Source: Phyllobacteriaceae bacterium (GTDB taxonomy: Bacteria; Pseudomonadota; Alphaproteobacteria; Rhizobiales; Rhizobiaceae). Taken from it: a DNA stretch of 64,000 bases. The DNA lies in contig JANSXT010000009.1 of assembly GCA_024742765.1 (NCBI GenBank), positions 80,586 to 144,585 of the forward strand, read 5' to 3'. A model generated the notes under the pieces. It was not told the DNA's origin, made no database searches, and saw only the letters and a program-made list of their open reading frames with translations. Every line of letters begins with the position of its first letter. The first letter of the stretch is position 1. A program made the position numbers and the translations under genes. Positions 45,616 through 58,735 of this stretch are shown here, one piece after another.

Positions 45616-46356
45616 TCAAAGGCCCTCCAGCCGGTTTTCGAACAGGGTTTGCCGCTTGCCGCGCAGGACGATGTCGAACCGCCATGCGCGGGCGTCCATC
45701 GGTACCGTACGGGTCATATCCAGTTCCGCGATCAGGCTTTGGACGGCGTCCTTGTGCGGGATCGCGCCGACGATCGGGCAGAGCGGGATCAGCGGATCGC
45801 CTTCGAAATACATCTGCGTGATCAGGCGCTGTGCGAAGGCGTCACCGAAGATCGAGAAATGGATATGCGCCGGGCGCCAGTCATTGCCGCCATTGGGCCA
45901 GGGATAGGCGCCGGGCTGAATGGTGCGAAACTCATAAAAGCCCTGTTCATCGGTCAGGACGCGGCCGCAGCCGCCGAAATTGGGGTCGAGCGGGGCGAGA
46001 TAGCCCTCCTTCTTGTGCCGGTAACGGCCGCCGGCATTGGCCTGCCAGACTTCCAGAAGCGCGTTGGGCACGGGACGCCCCGCCTCGTCGGTGACGCGGC
46101 CATGGACGATGATGCGCGGGCCGATGGCGCTTTCGCCCGGCTCGGCATAATTGTGGACCAGATCATGATCCATGTCGCCGAGCATGGCCTGGCCGAAGAC
46201 GGGGCCGGTTTCTTCACCCAACGATGTGGGCAGCGACAGGAGCGGCGCCGACGGCGACCGCAGGACCGAAGTCTTGTAGGGCGGATGGAGCGCCGGCGGA
46301 TGCCAGGCGCGGTCGCGCGCGGCATAGCCCGCATTGGGTTCGGGCGTGTTCTTCAT
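45616..46356 (-). CDS. pcaH: Protocatechuate 3,4-dioxygenase beta subunit PcaH
   Basis: ORF 45616..46602 trimmed to ATG 46356 (ATGA overlap with the pcaC stop). Carries [16 protein letters not shown] and [11 protein letters not shown]. Confidence 0.9.
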   Translation of the reverse strand: MKNTPEPNAGYAARDRAWHPPALHPPYKTSVLRSPSAPLLSLPTSLGEETGPVFGQAMLGDMDHDLVHNYAEPGESAIGPRIIVHGRVTDEAGRPVPNALLEVWQANAGGRYRHKKEGYLAPLDPNFGGCGRVLTDEQGFYEFRTIQPGAYPWPNGGNDWRPAHIHFSIFGDAFAQRLITQMYFEGDPLIPLCPIVGAIPHKDAVQSLIAELDMTRTVPMDARAWRFDIVLRGKRQTLFENRLEGL

Positions 46357-46757
46357 GTCACCGTCTCCTCCTGCTCCATCGCGCGATAGGTCTGCTTGGC
46401 GATCTTGATCGCGCGGTTGGCGCGGGGCACGCCTGCATAGACGGCGACGTGCATGAAGGCTTCCATGACGTCGGCCTTGCTGGCGCCGGTGCGCTCGCAG
46501 GCGCGCACATGCATGGCGATCTCGTCGAAATTGCCCGTAGCCGCCAGAAGCGCCAGCGTCAGGATGGACCGCTCGCGCAGCGAGATCGTGTCGCGGGCCC
46601 ACAGATTGCCCCAGGCGGTCTCGGTGATCAGCGTCTGGAAGGGGGCGTCGAAATCGGTCTTGTCGGCTTCGGCGCGGTCGACATGGTCGTCGCCGAGCAC
46701 ATGCCGGCGCATCTTCATGCCGTTCTGCAGACGGTCACCGTTCATATGGTCGTTCAT
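46353..46757 (-). CDS. pcaC: 4-carboxymuconolactone decarboxylase PcaC
   Basis: 134 aa. [23 protein letters not shown]...EIAMHVRA is an AhpD/CMD-fold signature. Confidence 0.9.
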   Translation of the reverse strand: MNDHMNGDRLQNGMKMRRHVLGDDHVDRAEADKTDFDAPFQTLITETAWGNLWARDTISLRERSILTLALLAATGNFDEIAMHVRACERTGASKADVMEAFMHVAVYAGVPRANRAIKIAKQTYRAMEQEETVT

Positions 46758-46790
46758 CGTGGGGCTCCCATCGTCGTCCGTCCCGATGCC

Positions 46791-48046
<1,256 letters not shown>

Positions 48047-48048
48047 AT

Positions 48049-48963
48049 ATGAATCTGGAGAAACGCATCAAACTTCGCCATCTCAGGGCGTTCTGCGAGA
48101 TCGCCAGGCTGGGCAGTTTCAAGAAGGCCGCGTCGGCCCTGCATGTCACCCAGCCGGCCATCTCACGGACGCTGGCCGAACTTGAACAGATGGTCGAGGC
48201 AACGCTCCTGATCCGCGATCGTGGCGGTGTGGCGCTGACGCCGGAAGGCGCGGTCTTCCTGCAATTTGCCCAGATGGGGCTCGATGCGATCCAGCAAGGG
48301 GTCAATCGCCTGAGCCGGTTGCGCTCGGGCGATGCGGGCCGGGTGCGGGTCGGCGCGCTGCCGAGCGTTGCCGCGCGGCTGCTGCCGGATGCGGTGCAGG
48401 CGTTCGCGCATCTGTCGCCGGGGACCGCAGTGATGGTCGAAGAAGGGCCGCACGAGTTCCTCGTCAACCGGCTGAAGGCCGGCGAACTCGATCTGGTGGC
48501 CGGTCGGCTGGGCACGCCCGAGACGATGGCCGGCCTTTCCTTCACCCAGCTTTATCTCGAACATGTGGTGTTTGCGGCAAGGCCCGGCCATCCGCTGGCC
48601 GGCACGGCGGACATGTCGGCCATCGGCGATTATCCGATCATCTATCCGGCGCAGAACGCGGCGATCCGACCGCTCGTCGACCGGCTGATGATCGCCGGCG
48701 GCGTCAGCGATCCGCCGCGCACCATCGAGTCCGTCTCGGGCTCGTTCGGCCGCAGTCTCGTCCTGTCATCCGACGCGGTCTGGATCATCTCGGCGGGCGT
48801 CGTCGCCCAGGATCTCGAAGCGGGCCGGCTGATCAGCCTCGATATCGACACGCAGATGACGTCGGGCCCCGTCGGCATCATGATGCGGGCCGATGAGCAG
48901 AGCCCGGTTCTGGTGCAGCTTTTTTCGCGCGCCGTCGGTCAGGTGCTCGAAGCGCGCCGCTGA
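48049..48963 (+). CDS. pcaQ: LysR-family transcriptional regulator, PcaQ-like
   Basis: ORF 48022..48963 trimmed to ATG 48049. IKLRHLRAFCEIARLGSFKKAASALHVTQPAISRTLAELE. It is divergent from pobA-pcaCHG. Confidence 0.8.
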   Translation: MNLEKRIKLRHLRAFCEIARLGSFKKAASALHVTQPAISRTLAELEQMVEATLLIRDRGGVALTPEGAVFLQFAQMGLDAIQQGVNRLSRLRSGDAGRVRVGALPSVAARLLPDAVQAFAHLSPGTAVMVEEGPHEFLVNRLKAGELDLVAGRLGTPETMAGLSFTQLYLEHVVFAARPGHPLAGTADMSAIGDYPIIYPAQNAAIRPLVDRLMIAGGVSDPPRTIESVSGSFGRSLVLSSDAVWIISAGVVAQDLEAGRLISLDIDTQMTSGPVGIMMRADEQSPVLVQLFSRAVGQVLEARR

Positions 48964-48972
48964 GACGAAAAA

Positions 48973-48997
48973 CCGCGCCCGAACGGTTCGGGCGCGG
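48973..48997 (-). terminator. Rho-independent terminator for the glycerol ABC operon
   Basis: 11-bp stem CCGCGCCCGAA/TTCGGGCGCGG. On the minus strand it is followed by TTTTTCGTC. Confidence 0.6.
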
Positions 48998-49010
48998 CGT
49001 GAGATGTTGG

Positions 49011-49030
49011 CCGGAGCCCTTAGGCTCCGG
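49011..49030. terminator. Second GC hairpin CCGGAGCC-ctta-GGCTCCGG
   Basis: Perfect 8-bp stem, 9 nt downstream of the minus-strand binding-protein stop. No clear U-tract. Confidence 0.45.
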
Positions 49031-49038
49031 CGGCCGGC

Positions 49039-50766
49039 TCAGTTGTTCCAGGAGGCGACCAGCTCGTCATAGCTGATGGTGACGGGGTCGGGATCCTCAT
49101 TGTCGAGCTTGGCCTTGGGCGAGCCGGCTTCGGCCAGCCACTCGGCCGGATCGCGCGGTTCGTTCATCACCGGGCCCAGATCGCCCTGGACGCCGGCACG
49201 CTCGAGACGCTCAAGCACGCTTTCCTGCTGCTCGCACAGGCTGTCGAGCGCTTCCTGCGCGCTCTTGGCGCCGGAGGAGGCGTCGCCGATGTTCTGCCAC
49301 CAGAGCTGGGCGAGACGCGGATAGTCCGGCACGTTGGTGCCGGTCGGCGACCAGCGCACGCGGGCGGGCGAACGATAGAACTCGATCAGGCCGCCCAGAT
49401 TGGGTGCGCGCTCGGTGAAGCTGTCGTGCTGGATGGTCGATTCGCGAACGAAGGTCAGGCCGACATGGGACTTGCGCACGTCGACGGTCTTGGAGCTGAC
49501 GAACTGGGCATAGAGCCAGGCCGCCTTGGCGCGGTCGACCGGGGTCGACTGCATCAGCGTCCAGGAACCGGCGTCCTGATAGCCGACCTTCATGCCCTCT
49601 TCCCAATAGGCGCCATGCGGCGAGGGTGCCATGCGCCAGCGGGGCGAACCGTCATCGTTGAGAACGGCGGCTGCGCCATCGCCCACCATGTCGGCGGTGA
49701 AGGCGGTGTACCAGAACATCTGCTGGGCGACATTGCCCTGGGCCGGGATCGGTCCGGCTTCGGAGAAGGTCATGCCGGCGGCTGCGGGCGGGGCATAGTT
49801 CTGCAGCCATTCGACATATTTCTCGATGGCGTAGACCGCGGCCGGCGAATTTGTGGCGCCGCCACGTGCAACGCATGAGCCGACCGGCTGCGAGTTCTCG
49901 TTGACGCGAATGCCCCATTCATCGACCGGCAGGCCGTTCGGCTCGCCCTTGTCTCCCATACCGGCCATCGACATCCACGCATCGGTGAAGCGCCAGCCGA
50001 GCGAGGGGTCCTTCTTGCCGTAGTCCATGTGGCCGTAGACATCGCCCTCGACGCCCAGATGGCTCAGATCGCGGCCGGTGAAGAACGCCGCGATGTCCTC
50101 ATAGGCCGACCAATTGTCCGGCACACCGAGCGGATAGCCATATTCGGCCTCGAAGTCCGCCATGTTCTTTTCGTCGGTGAACCAGTCGTAGCGGAACCAG
50201 TAGAGGTTGGCGAACTGCTGGGTGGGAAGCTGGTAGAGCTTGCCGTCCGGACCGGTGGTGAAGGACGTGCCGATGAAGTCGTCAATGTCCAGCGTCGGCA
50301 GGGTGACGTCGGCGCCTTCGCCGGCCATCCAATCGGTCAGGTTGCGCACCTGCTGATAGCGCCAGTGGGTGCCGATCAGGTCGGAGTCGTTGATATAGGC
50401 GTCATAGACGTTCTCGCCGGTCTGCATTTGCGTCTGCAGCTTCTCGACGACATCGCCTTCGCCGATCAGGTCATGGGTGACCTGAATGCCGGTGATGGCG
50501 GTGAAGGCCGGCGCCAGAACCTGGCTTTCATATTCGTGCGTGGTGATGGTCTCGGAGACGACGTTGATCTCCATGCCGGCAAAGGGCTGGGCGGCATCGA
50601 TGAACCATTGCATCTCCGCTTCCTGATCCTCGCGGCTCAGCGTCGACTGATCGCCGATCTCCGCATCCAGGAATGCCCGTGCGGCGTCCATGTCGGCGAA
50701 GGCCGGTGACGACAGCATGCCCAGCGCAAGCGCCATGGCCGTTGTGGTCGTGAGGTATTTTCTCAT
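49039..50766 (-). CDS. ABC transporter extracellular solute-binding protein (family 1), glycerol-locus type
   Basis: ORF 49039..50808 trimmed to ATG 50766. Signal peptide MRKYLTTTTAMALALGMLSSPAFA. Its position corresponds to glpV of the rhizobial glpD-STPQUV locus as I recall it. Confidence 0.85.
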   Translation of the reverse strand: MRKYLTTTTAMALALGMLSSPAFADMDAARAFLDAEIGDQSTLSREDQEAEMQWFIDAAQPFAGMEINVVSETITTHEYESQVLAPAFTAITGIQVTHDLIGEGDVVEKLQTQMQTGENVYDAYINDSDLIGTHWRYQQVRNLTDWMAGEGADVTLPTLDIDDFIGTSFTTGPDGKLYQLPTQQFANLYWFRYDWFTDEKNMADFEAEYGYPLGVPDNWSAYEDIAAFFTGRDLSHLGVEGDVYGHMDYGKKDPSLGWRFTDAWMSMAGMGDKGEPNGLPVDEWGIRVNENSQPVGSCVARGGATNSPAAVYAIEKYVEWLQNYAPPAAAGMTFSEAGPIPAQGNVAQQMFWYTAFTADMVGDGAAAVLNDDGSPRWRMAPSPHGAYWEEGMKVGYQDAGSWTLMQSTPVDRAKAAWLYAQFVSSKTVDVRKSHVGLTFVRESTIQHDSFTERAPNLGGLIEFYRSPARVRWSPTGTNVPDYPRLAQLWWQNIGDASSGAKSAQEALDSLCEQQESVLERLERAGVQGDLGPVMNEPRDPAEWLAEAGSPKAKLDNEDPDPVTISYDELVASWNN

Positions 50767-50824
50767 GTTTTCCTCCCAGAAAACTGCAGGGGGACGATGC
50801 GCGCGCATCGTCCGGTGAAGCCCG

Positions 50825-51097
50825 TCAGACCCAGCGGAACACCGCCGCGGCGAAGACGAGACAGACGATCAGTGCGCCCCATTGCGGACCACTGATCAGA
50901 CCGAGCCAGGCCAGATTGATGAAGGCCGAGCCCAATAGGGTGATGAAGAGCCGGTCGCCGCGCGTCGTTTCGATGCGCAGGATGCCGACCCGGGGCGTCT
51001 CGGGAAACCGGATCGCCAGGACGGTGAAGGCGATCAGAAGGCTGGCGATGACGATGAAGAAGATCGCGGTCGGCCAGGTCCATGCCATCCATTCCAT
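50825..51097 (-). CDS. Small membrane protein (DUF2160-like)
   Basis: 90 aa with three hydrophobic segments. It is conserved between the permeases and the binding protein in rhizobial glycerol ABC loci. Confidence 0.75.
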   Translation of the reverse strand: MEWMAWTWPTAIFFIVIASLLIAFTVLAIRFPETPRVGILRIETTRGDRLFITLLGSAFINLAWLGLISGPQWGALIVCLVFAAAVFRWV

Positions 51098-51109
51098 GAC
51101 GGTCCTCCC

Positions 51110-51969
51110 TCAGACCCGGCCCAGGGCAAAGCCCTTGGCGATGTAATTGCGGACGAAATAGATCACGAGCGCGCCGGGAATGATGGTCAGGACGCCGGCG
51201 GCGGCGAGGACGCCCCAATCAAGGCCCGAGGCGGAGACCGTGCGCGTCATGGTGGCCGCGATCGGCTTGGCATCGACCGAGGTCAGCGTGCGCGACAACA
51301 AGAGTTCGACCCAGGAGAACATGAAGCAGAAGAAGGCGGCGACGCCGATGCCCGACGCGATCAGCGGCATGAAAATCTTCACGAAAAAGCGCGGGAAGGA
51401 ATAGCCGTCGATATAGGCGGTCTCGTCGATCTCCTTGGGCACGCCGCGCATGAAGCCTTCGAGGATCCAGACGGCGAGCGGCACGTTGAACAGGCAATGC
51501 GCCAGCGCGACCGCAATGTGCGTGTCGAACAGGCCGACCGACGAATAAAGCTGGAAGAAGGGCAGGGCGAAGACCGCGGGCGGCGCCATGCGGTTGGTCA
51601 AAAGCCAGAAGAACAGGTGCTTGTCGCCCATGAAATGGTAGCGGCTGAACGCATAGGCGGCGGGCAGCGCCACGGCGAGCGAAATCACCGTGTTCATGAC
51701 CACATAAATCAAAGAGTTGACGTAGCCCATGTACCAGGCCGGATCGGTGAGGATCGTGCGGTAATTGTCGAACGTGATGTCGGCCGGCCAAAGAGTGAAG
51801 GTGTTGAGGATCTCGGAGTTGGTCTTCAGGCTCATATTGACGAGCCAGTAGATCGGCAAAAGCAGGAACGTCAGATAGGCGATCATCACCAGCGCGCGGC
51901 CATTGATGCGCGGCAGCGCGATGCCTGCCGATCGCGTGGCGGTTCCGGTGGTTGCGGCGGCGTTGGCCA

Positions 51970-51970
<1 letters not shown>
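51110..51970 (-). CDS. Carbohydrate ABC transporter permease
   Basis: ORF 51110..52021 trimmed to ATG 51970. EAA-loop-like region GVPKEIDETAYIDGYSFPRFFVKIFMPL. Confidence 0.9.
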
Positions 51971-53921
<1,951 letters not shown>

Positions 53922-53930
53922 GGAAGTTCC

Positions 53931-55019
53931 TCACGCGGCCTGCGCATAGGCCGCAGGCGCGACCAGCGCGCCGTCATCGGCGAAAATGTAGACATGGGCG
54001 GGATCGAGATGGACCGTCAGCGGATCGCCGATGGTCAGTTCGTGCACGCCATGGACGACGCCGACCCAGCGCTCGCCGTGATGATCGAGATGGACGAAGG
54101 TTTCCGAGCCGGTGATCTCGGTGACCGCCAGATCGCAGGTGAATTCCAGAGCGTCGGGCACATGCTGGTCGAGTTCGAGATGGTTTGGCCGGAAGCCGGC
54201 GAGGTAACGGCCGTCTTCGAGTTCGCCCAGCCGTCCCGTCGCCGCGCAGGACTGGCCATCGCCGAACATCAGCTTCGGCCCGGCCTTGGAGATGCGCAGG
54301 AAGTTCATCGGCGGGTCGGAGAAGACGCGCGCCGTGGTCGCGTCCTGCGGGTTTCGGTAGACATCGGGCGTTGGCCCGAACTGAGTTATGCGGCCTTCCC
54401 ACAGCGTCGCTGTCCGCCCGCCGAGCAGCAGCGCCTCTTCGGGTTCGGTGGTCGCATAGACGAAGATCGCGCCCGACTCCTCGAAGATCTTGGGAATTTC
54501 GATGCGCAGTTCCTCGCGCAGCTTGTAGTCGAGATTGGCGAGCGGCTCGTCGAGAAGCACGAGACCGGCATCCTTGACCAGCGCGCGGGCCAGCGCGCAG
54601 CGCTGCTGCTGGCCGCCGGACAGTTCCAGCGGCTTGCGGTCGAGCATCGGCGTCAGCTTCATCAGGTCGGCCGCCTTGCGCACCGCCGCGTCGATCTCGG
54701 CCCTGTTTTTGCCGAGCAGCCGCATGGGCGACGCGATATTGTCATAGACGGTCATCGCCGGATAGTTGATGAACTGCTGGTAGACCATGGCGACGCCGCG
54801 CTTTTGGACCGGCACGCCGGTCACATCCTCGCCCTGCCACAGGATGCGCCCTTCGGCGGGGCGGTCGAGGCCGGCCATCAGCCGCATCAGCGACGTCTTG
54901 CCCGAAAGCGTCGGCCCGAGCAGCACGTTCATCGTGCCCTTTTCCAGCGTCAGGTGCGTTTCGTGGATATGCACCTGACCGTTCACCAGCTTGGTGACGC
55001 CATCGAGCTGCAGCGTCAT
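53931..55019 (-). CDS. ABC transporter ATP-binding protein (MalK/UgpC-like)
   Basis: ORF 53931..55181 trimmed to ATG 55019. Walker A GPTLSGKTS, signature LSGGQQQR, Walker B VLLDEPL. Confidence 0.9.
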   Translation of the reverse strand: MTLQLDGVTKLVNGQVHIHETHLTLEKGTMNVLLGPTLSGKTSLMRLMAGLDRPAEGRILWQGEDVTGVPVQKRGVAMVYQQFINYPAMTVYDNIASPMRLLGKNRAEIDAAVRKAADLMKLTPMLDRKPLELSGGQQQRCALARALVKDAGLVLLDEPLANLDYKLREELRIEIPKIFEESGAIFVYATTEPEEALLLGGRTATLWEGRITQFGPTPDVYRNPQDATTARVFSDPPMNFLRISKAGPKLMFGDGQSCAATGRLGELEDGRYLAGFRPNHLELDQHVPDALEFTCDLAVTEITGSETFVHLDHHGERWVGVVHGVHELTIGDPLTVHLDPAHVYIFADDGALVAPAAYAQAA

Positions 55020-55044
55020 CGTCCGATCCTCCCGCGCGCAGGCA

Positions 55045-56649
55045 TCATTCGGCCGCCGCGTTGTTGTTGCCCAGGCCCTGACGTGCCCGCATGGATGCGT
55101 CGATGGCGGCGATCTGGTCGGCGGCCAGACGCAGGCCCAGCTTGCTCCGGCGCCAGAGCACGTCATCGGCCGTGCGCGCATATTCCCTGTCGATCAGCCA
55201 GCCAATTTCCGCTTCGGTCAGCGTGGCGCCGAAGTCGGTGCCGAGATCCTCGACGCGTTTCGCATCGCCGAGAATTTGCCGTGCATCGGTGCCATAGGCG
55301 CGCACAAGGCGCCGCGCCCAGCGATCGTCCAGGAACGGATAGTCGCCCGCCAGGTCCTCGACCAGATCGTCAAACCCGTCGACGGCAAAATCGCCGCCGG
55401 GCAGCGGAGCGCGCGCCGTCCAGGCATGGCCCATCTGCGGCAGGTGCGGCTTGAGCTTCGCGAGCGCACCTTCGGCAAGGCGCCGGTAAGTGGTGATCTT
55501 GCCGCCAAAGACGTTCAGCAGCGGGGCGCCGGCGGCTTCGTCCAGCGACAGGACATAGTCGCGCGTTGCGGCCGTCGCCGACTTGGCGCCGTCATCATAG
55601 AGCGGGCGGACGCCCGAATAGGTCCAGACGATGTCGTCACGCGTCACCGGCGTCCTGAAATAGCGCGATGCGAAGGCGGTCAGATAGTCCTGTTCCTCAG
55701 GCGTGCAGACCGCATCGTGGGGCGCGCCTTCATGTTCCTGATCGGTGGTGCCGATCAGCGTGAAATCGGTCTCATAGGGGATGGCGAAGATGATCCGGCC
55801 ATCCTCGCCCTGGAAGAAGTAGCACTTGTCGTGATCATAGAGCCGTTTGGTGACGATGTGGCTGCCGCGCACCAGCCGCACGCCTTCGGACGTGTTCAGC
55901 CGCACGGTGTTGCGGACGACGTCCTCGACCCATGGGCCGCCGGCATTGACGAGTGCCCTTGCGTGGTGGGTTTCGGTCGCACCCTGTTCGTTGCGCGTGG
56001 TAACCGCCCACAGTTCGCCGTCGCGTTCGGCCGAGATGACGCGGGTGCGCGTCATGATCCGGGCGCCCTTGGCCTCGGCATCGCGGGCGTTGAGGACGAC
56101 GAGCCGCGAATCCTCGACCCAGCAGTCGGAATATTCAAATGCCTTGGAGAAGCGCTCCTGCAGCGGCGCGCCGGCCGGATCGGCCGTCAGATCGAGCGTC
56201 CGGGTGGCGGGCAGCAGCTTCCGGCCTCCCAGATGATCGTAGATAAACAGGCCAAGCCGGATCAGCCAGGCCGGGCGGCGCCCCTTCATCCAGGGCATGA
56301 TAGCCGACAGGAGCTTCGATGTCGGCGTCTCGCTTTCGAAACGCATGTCCCGGTGGAACGGCAGGACGAAGCGCATCGGCCAGGAAATGTGCGGCATCGC
56401 GGCCAGCAAGGTCTCGCGTTCGATCAGCGCCTCGCGGACCAGACGCACCTCGAAATATTCAAGATAGCGCAGGCCGCCATGGAACAGTTTGGTCGAAGCC
56501 GAGGAGGTGGCCGAGGCCAGATCGTTCATCTCGGCCAGCGCCACCGACAGGCCACGGCCAGCGGCATCGCGCGCTATCCCGCAGCCATTGATGCCGCCGC
56601 CAATGACGAAGATGTCCACCGCCGCGTCGCGGCGCCGTTCCGTGGCCAT
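55045..56649 (-). CDS. glpD: FAD-dependent glycerol-3-phosphate dehydrogenase GlpD
   Basis: ORF 55045..56700 trimmed to ATG 56649. DIFVIGGGINGCGIARDAAGRGLSV, plus the C-terminal GlpD-type domain. Confidence 0.92.
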   Translation of the reverse strand: MATERRRDAAVDIFVIGGGINGCGIARDAAGRGLSVALAEMNDLASATSSASTKLFHGGLRYLEYFEVRLVREALIERETLLAAMPHISWPMRFVLPFHRDMRFESETPTSKLLSAIMPWMKGRRPAWLIRLGLFIYDHLGGRKLLPATRTLDLTADPAGAPLQERFSKAFEYSDCWVEDSRLVVLNARDAEAKGARIMTRTRVISAERDGELWAVTTRNEQGATETHHARALVNAGGPWVEDVVRNTVRLNTSEGVRLVRGSHIVTKRLYDHDKCYFFQGEDGRIIFAIPYETDFTLIGTTDQEHEGAPHDAVCTPEEQDYLTAFASRYFRTPVTRDDIVWTYSGVRPLYDDGAKSATAATRDYVLSLDEAAGAPLLNVFGGKITTYRRLAEGALAKLKPHLPQMGHAWTARAPLPGGDFAVDGFDDLVEDLAGDYPFLDDRWARRLVRAYGTDARQILGDAKRVEDLGTDFGATLTEAEIGWLIDREYARTADDVLWRRSKLGLRLAADQIAAIDASMRARQGLGNNNAAAE

Positions 56650-56710
56650 GAAAGAAGTTCCTCCATTGGCAAGAACATCACAGCGACAAGGTGGGCGCAA
56701 CCAGTTTTTT

Positions 56711-56756
56711 CGTTTTTTTGCGTTTCCAGCGAATTTTCACGTTTTGATGTTCGTTT
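56711..56756. promoter_or_regulatory. Phased CGTTT repeats in the glpD / glpR divergent region (candidate DeoR/GlpR operators)
   Basis: CGTTT occurs at 56711, 56721, 56740 and 56752 within a T-rich tract. TGTTCGTTTCATG resembles the TGTTCG half-site of enteric GlpR operators. Confidence 0.35.
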
Positions 56757-56919
56757 CATGATAAACAGGAAAATAGTAGAAAATCTACATCCAAATCGCT
56801 TTGGCCGACGCCAAACCGGTGGAAAGCGGATCGAACCTGCCGAAACCGGCCTGGTTGGGCGGTGATTGTGTTCCGCGCCGGTCTGCGGCACGGTTCGCAA
56901 AAAAACAGGAGGAGAGGCG

Positions 56920-57681
56920 GTGGCTTCGGGGCTCAGACGCAACGAGATTCTCGCATATATGCGGGCGGAGGGAAAAGCGTCCGTCGAGGCGCTGGCCGAG
57001 CGTTTCGATGTGACCGTCCAGACCATCAGGCGCGATCTGGGCGAACTTGCCAATGAGGGCAAGATCGATCGGGTGCATGGCGGAGCGACGATGCGTCAGG
57101 GCGTCACCAACATCGTCTATGAGGAGCGCCGCAAGCTCAACGCCGAAGCCAAGGAGCGCATTGCGCGCCTGGTCAGCGCCCATGTGCCCACCAATGTGTC
57201 GCTGTTCATCAATATCGGGACCACGACCGAGGCGGTGGCGCGCGAACTGGTCGACCATGAGAACATCACGGTGGTCACCAATGACATGTATGTCGCCAAC
57301 ATCCTGTCAGCGAACGAAAGCTGTGAGATCATCGTGTCGGGCGGCACGCTGCGCCGCTCCGATGGCGGGCTTGTCGGCGATCTGGCGACGCAGATGATCG
57401 AGCAGTTCAAGGTCGACATCGCCATCATCGGCGCGTCGGCGCTGGACGAGGAGGGCGATCTTCTCGATTTCGACCTGCGCGAGGTGCGGGTGTCAAAATC
57501 GATCATCCGCCATGCGCGCAAGGTCTATCTGGTGACGGACGCTTCGAAATTCGAACGGACGGCGCCGGTCCGGATCGCCTCGTTTGCCGAACTGGACGCG
57601 ATCTTCACCGACCGGCCGCTGCCGCACGGTCTGCAGGCCCGCTGCCGCGAGTGGAACACCGAAGTGTTCGTCGCGGATTGA
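56920..57681 (+). CDS. glpR: DeoR-family repressor GlpR
   Basis: ORF 56866..57681 trimmed to GTG 56920 (AGGAGGAGAGG upstream). RRNEILAYMRAEGKASVEALAERFDVTVQTIRRDLGELA is a DeoR HTH. A sugar-phosphate-binding C-terminal domain follows. Confidence 0.85.
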   Translation: MASGLRRNEILAYMRAEGKASVEALAERFDVTVQTIRRDLGELANEGKIDRVHGGATMRQGVTNIVYEERRKLNAEAKERIARLVSAHVPTNVSLFINIGTTTEAVARELVDHENITVVTNDMYVANILSANESCEIIVSGGTLRRSDGGLVGDLATQMIEQFKVDIAIIGASALDEEGDLLDFDLREVRVSKSIIRHARKVYLVTDASKFERTAPVRIASFAELDAIFTDRPLPHGLQARCREWNTEVFVAD

Positions 57682-57729
57682 CCGCTCTCTTCCACGGGAG
57701 CCGATACCGCACTTCGCGCGGTCGCCTAA

Positions 57730-58731
57730 TCAGGCAATGAAGAGCTTGACGAAGACGATCGCCATGGCGAGCAGGAGCGTGGTCTCGGCAACCACCAGCA
57801 TGATGTAACCGCCGCCGAGATCGGCCATCTGCTTGAGCGCGGTCTTCACGCCCAGCGCGGCGATGGCGGTGATCAGCAGGATGCGCGAAGCGGACTCGGC
57901 GGCCGAGGCGACCGGCGCGGGGATCAGCCCGAAACTGTTGATGGCGGCCAGCGCGATGAAGGCGACAAGGAACCAGGGCAGGGTGATCTTGCCGCCATCG
58001 GCCTTGCTGTTGGCGAGCGCGATGATCACGGCCAGAAGCACGACCGGCAAAAGCGCCACGCGCATCAGCTTGACCATGACGGCGGTGTCGCCCGCTTCCT
58101 GGCTGACCGAATAGCCGGCGCCGACCACTTGCGCCACATCGTGGATGGTCGCGCCGATCAGCATGCCGGTCTGCGCGTCGGTGGCATCGAGCGCGGCAAA
58201 CAAAAGCGGGTAGGCGACCATGGCGATCGTCGACAGGGTGGTGACCGCGACCACGGTGAACAGCGTGTCGCGTTCGAGGCGCGCGTCGCGCGGCAGCACC
58301 GATGCAAGCGCCAGCGCCGCCGACGCGCCGCAAATGGCGACCGAACCGCCCGTCAATATGCCGAGGCGTGCGCCGCGGCCCAGAAGGCGCGACAGGCCGA
58401 TGCCGGCGAGGATCGTCAGCGCGACCAGCACGATCACGGCGATGACCGGGTAGAGGCCAAGGGCCTGGAAATCGGCCCAACTCAGCCGCACGCCGAGCAG
58501 CGCCACGCCGAGGCGCAGGCAGGTGGACGCGGCAAAATCGACGCCCGGCTTGATGTGGCTTTCATTGGCCAGAAAGTTGAACGCCATGCCGATCAGAAGG
58601 GCGAACAGCATGGCCGGCGCGCCATAATGGGCGCCAAGGAAGGCCGCGGCTGCGGCGATCGTCAAGGCAAGGCCAAGCCCGCGGAAGATCGTGACCGCCT
58701 GTTCGGAGCGTTCGCGGATCAGGCTGCGCAC
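57730..58731 (-). CDS. YeiH/UPF0324-family membrane protein (putative sulfate/anion exporter family)
   Basis: ORF 57730..58860. GTG 58731 is preferred, 5 nt after the upstream stop; the start is uncertain. Carries LLIGMAFN, LRLGVALLG and LTGGSVAICGASAALA, all typical of YeiH. Confidence 0.8.
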   Translation of the reverse strand: MRSLIRERSEQAVTIFRGLGLALTIAAAAAFLGAHYGAPAMLFALLIGMAFNFLANESHIKPGVDFAASTCLRLGVALLGVRLSWADFQALGLYPVIAVIVLVALTILAGIGLSRLLGRGARLGILTGGSVAICGASAALALASVLPRDARLERDTLFTVVAVTTLSTIAMVAYPLLFAALDATDAQTGMLIGATIHDVAQVVGAGYSVSQEAGDTAVMVKLMRVALLPVVLLAVIIALANSKADGGKITLPWFLVAFIALAAINSFGLIPAPVASAAESASRILLITAIAALGVKTALKQMADLGGGYIMLVVAETTLLLAMAIVFVKLFIA

Positions 58732-58735
58732 GGTG

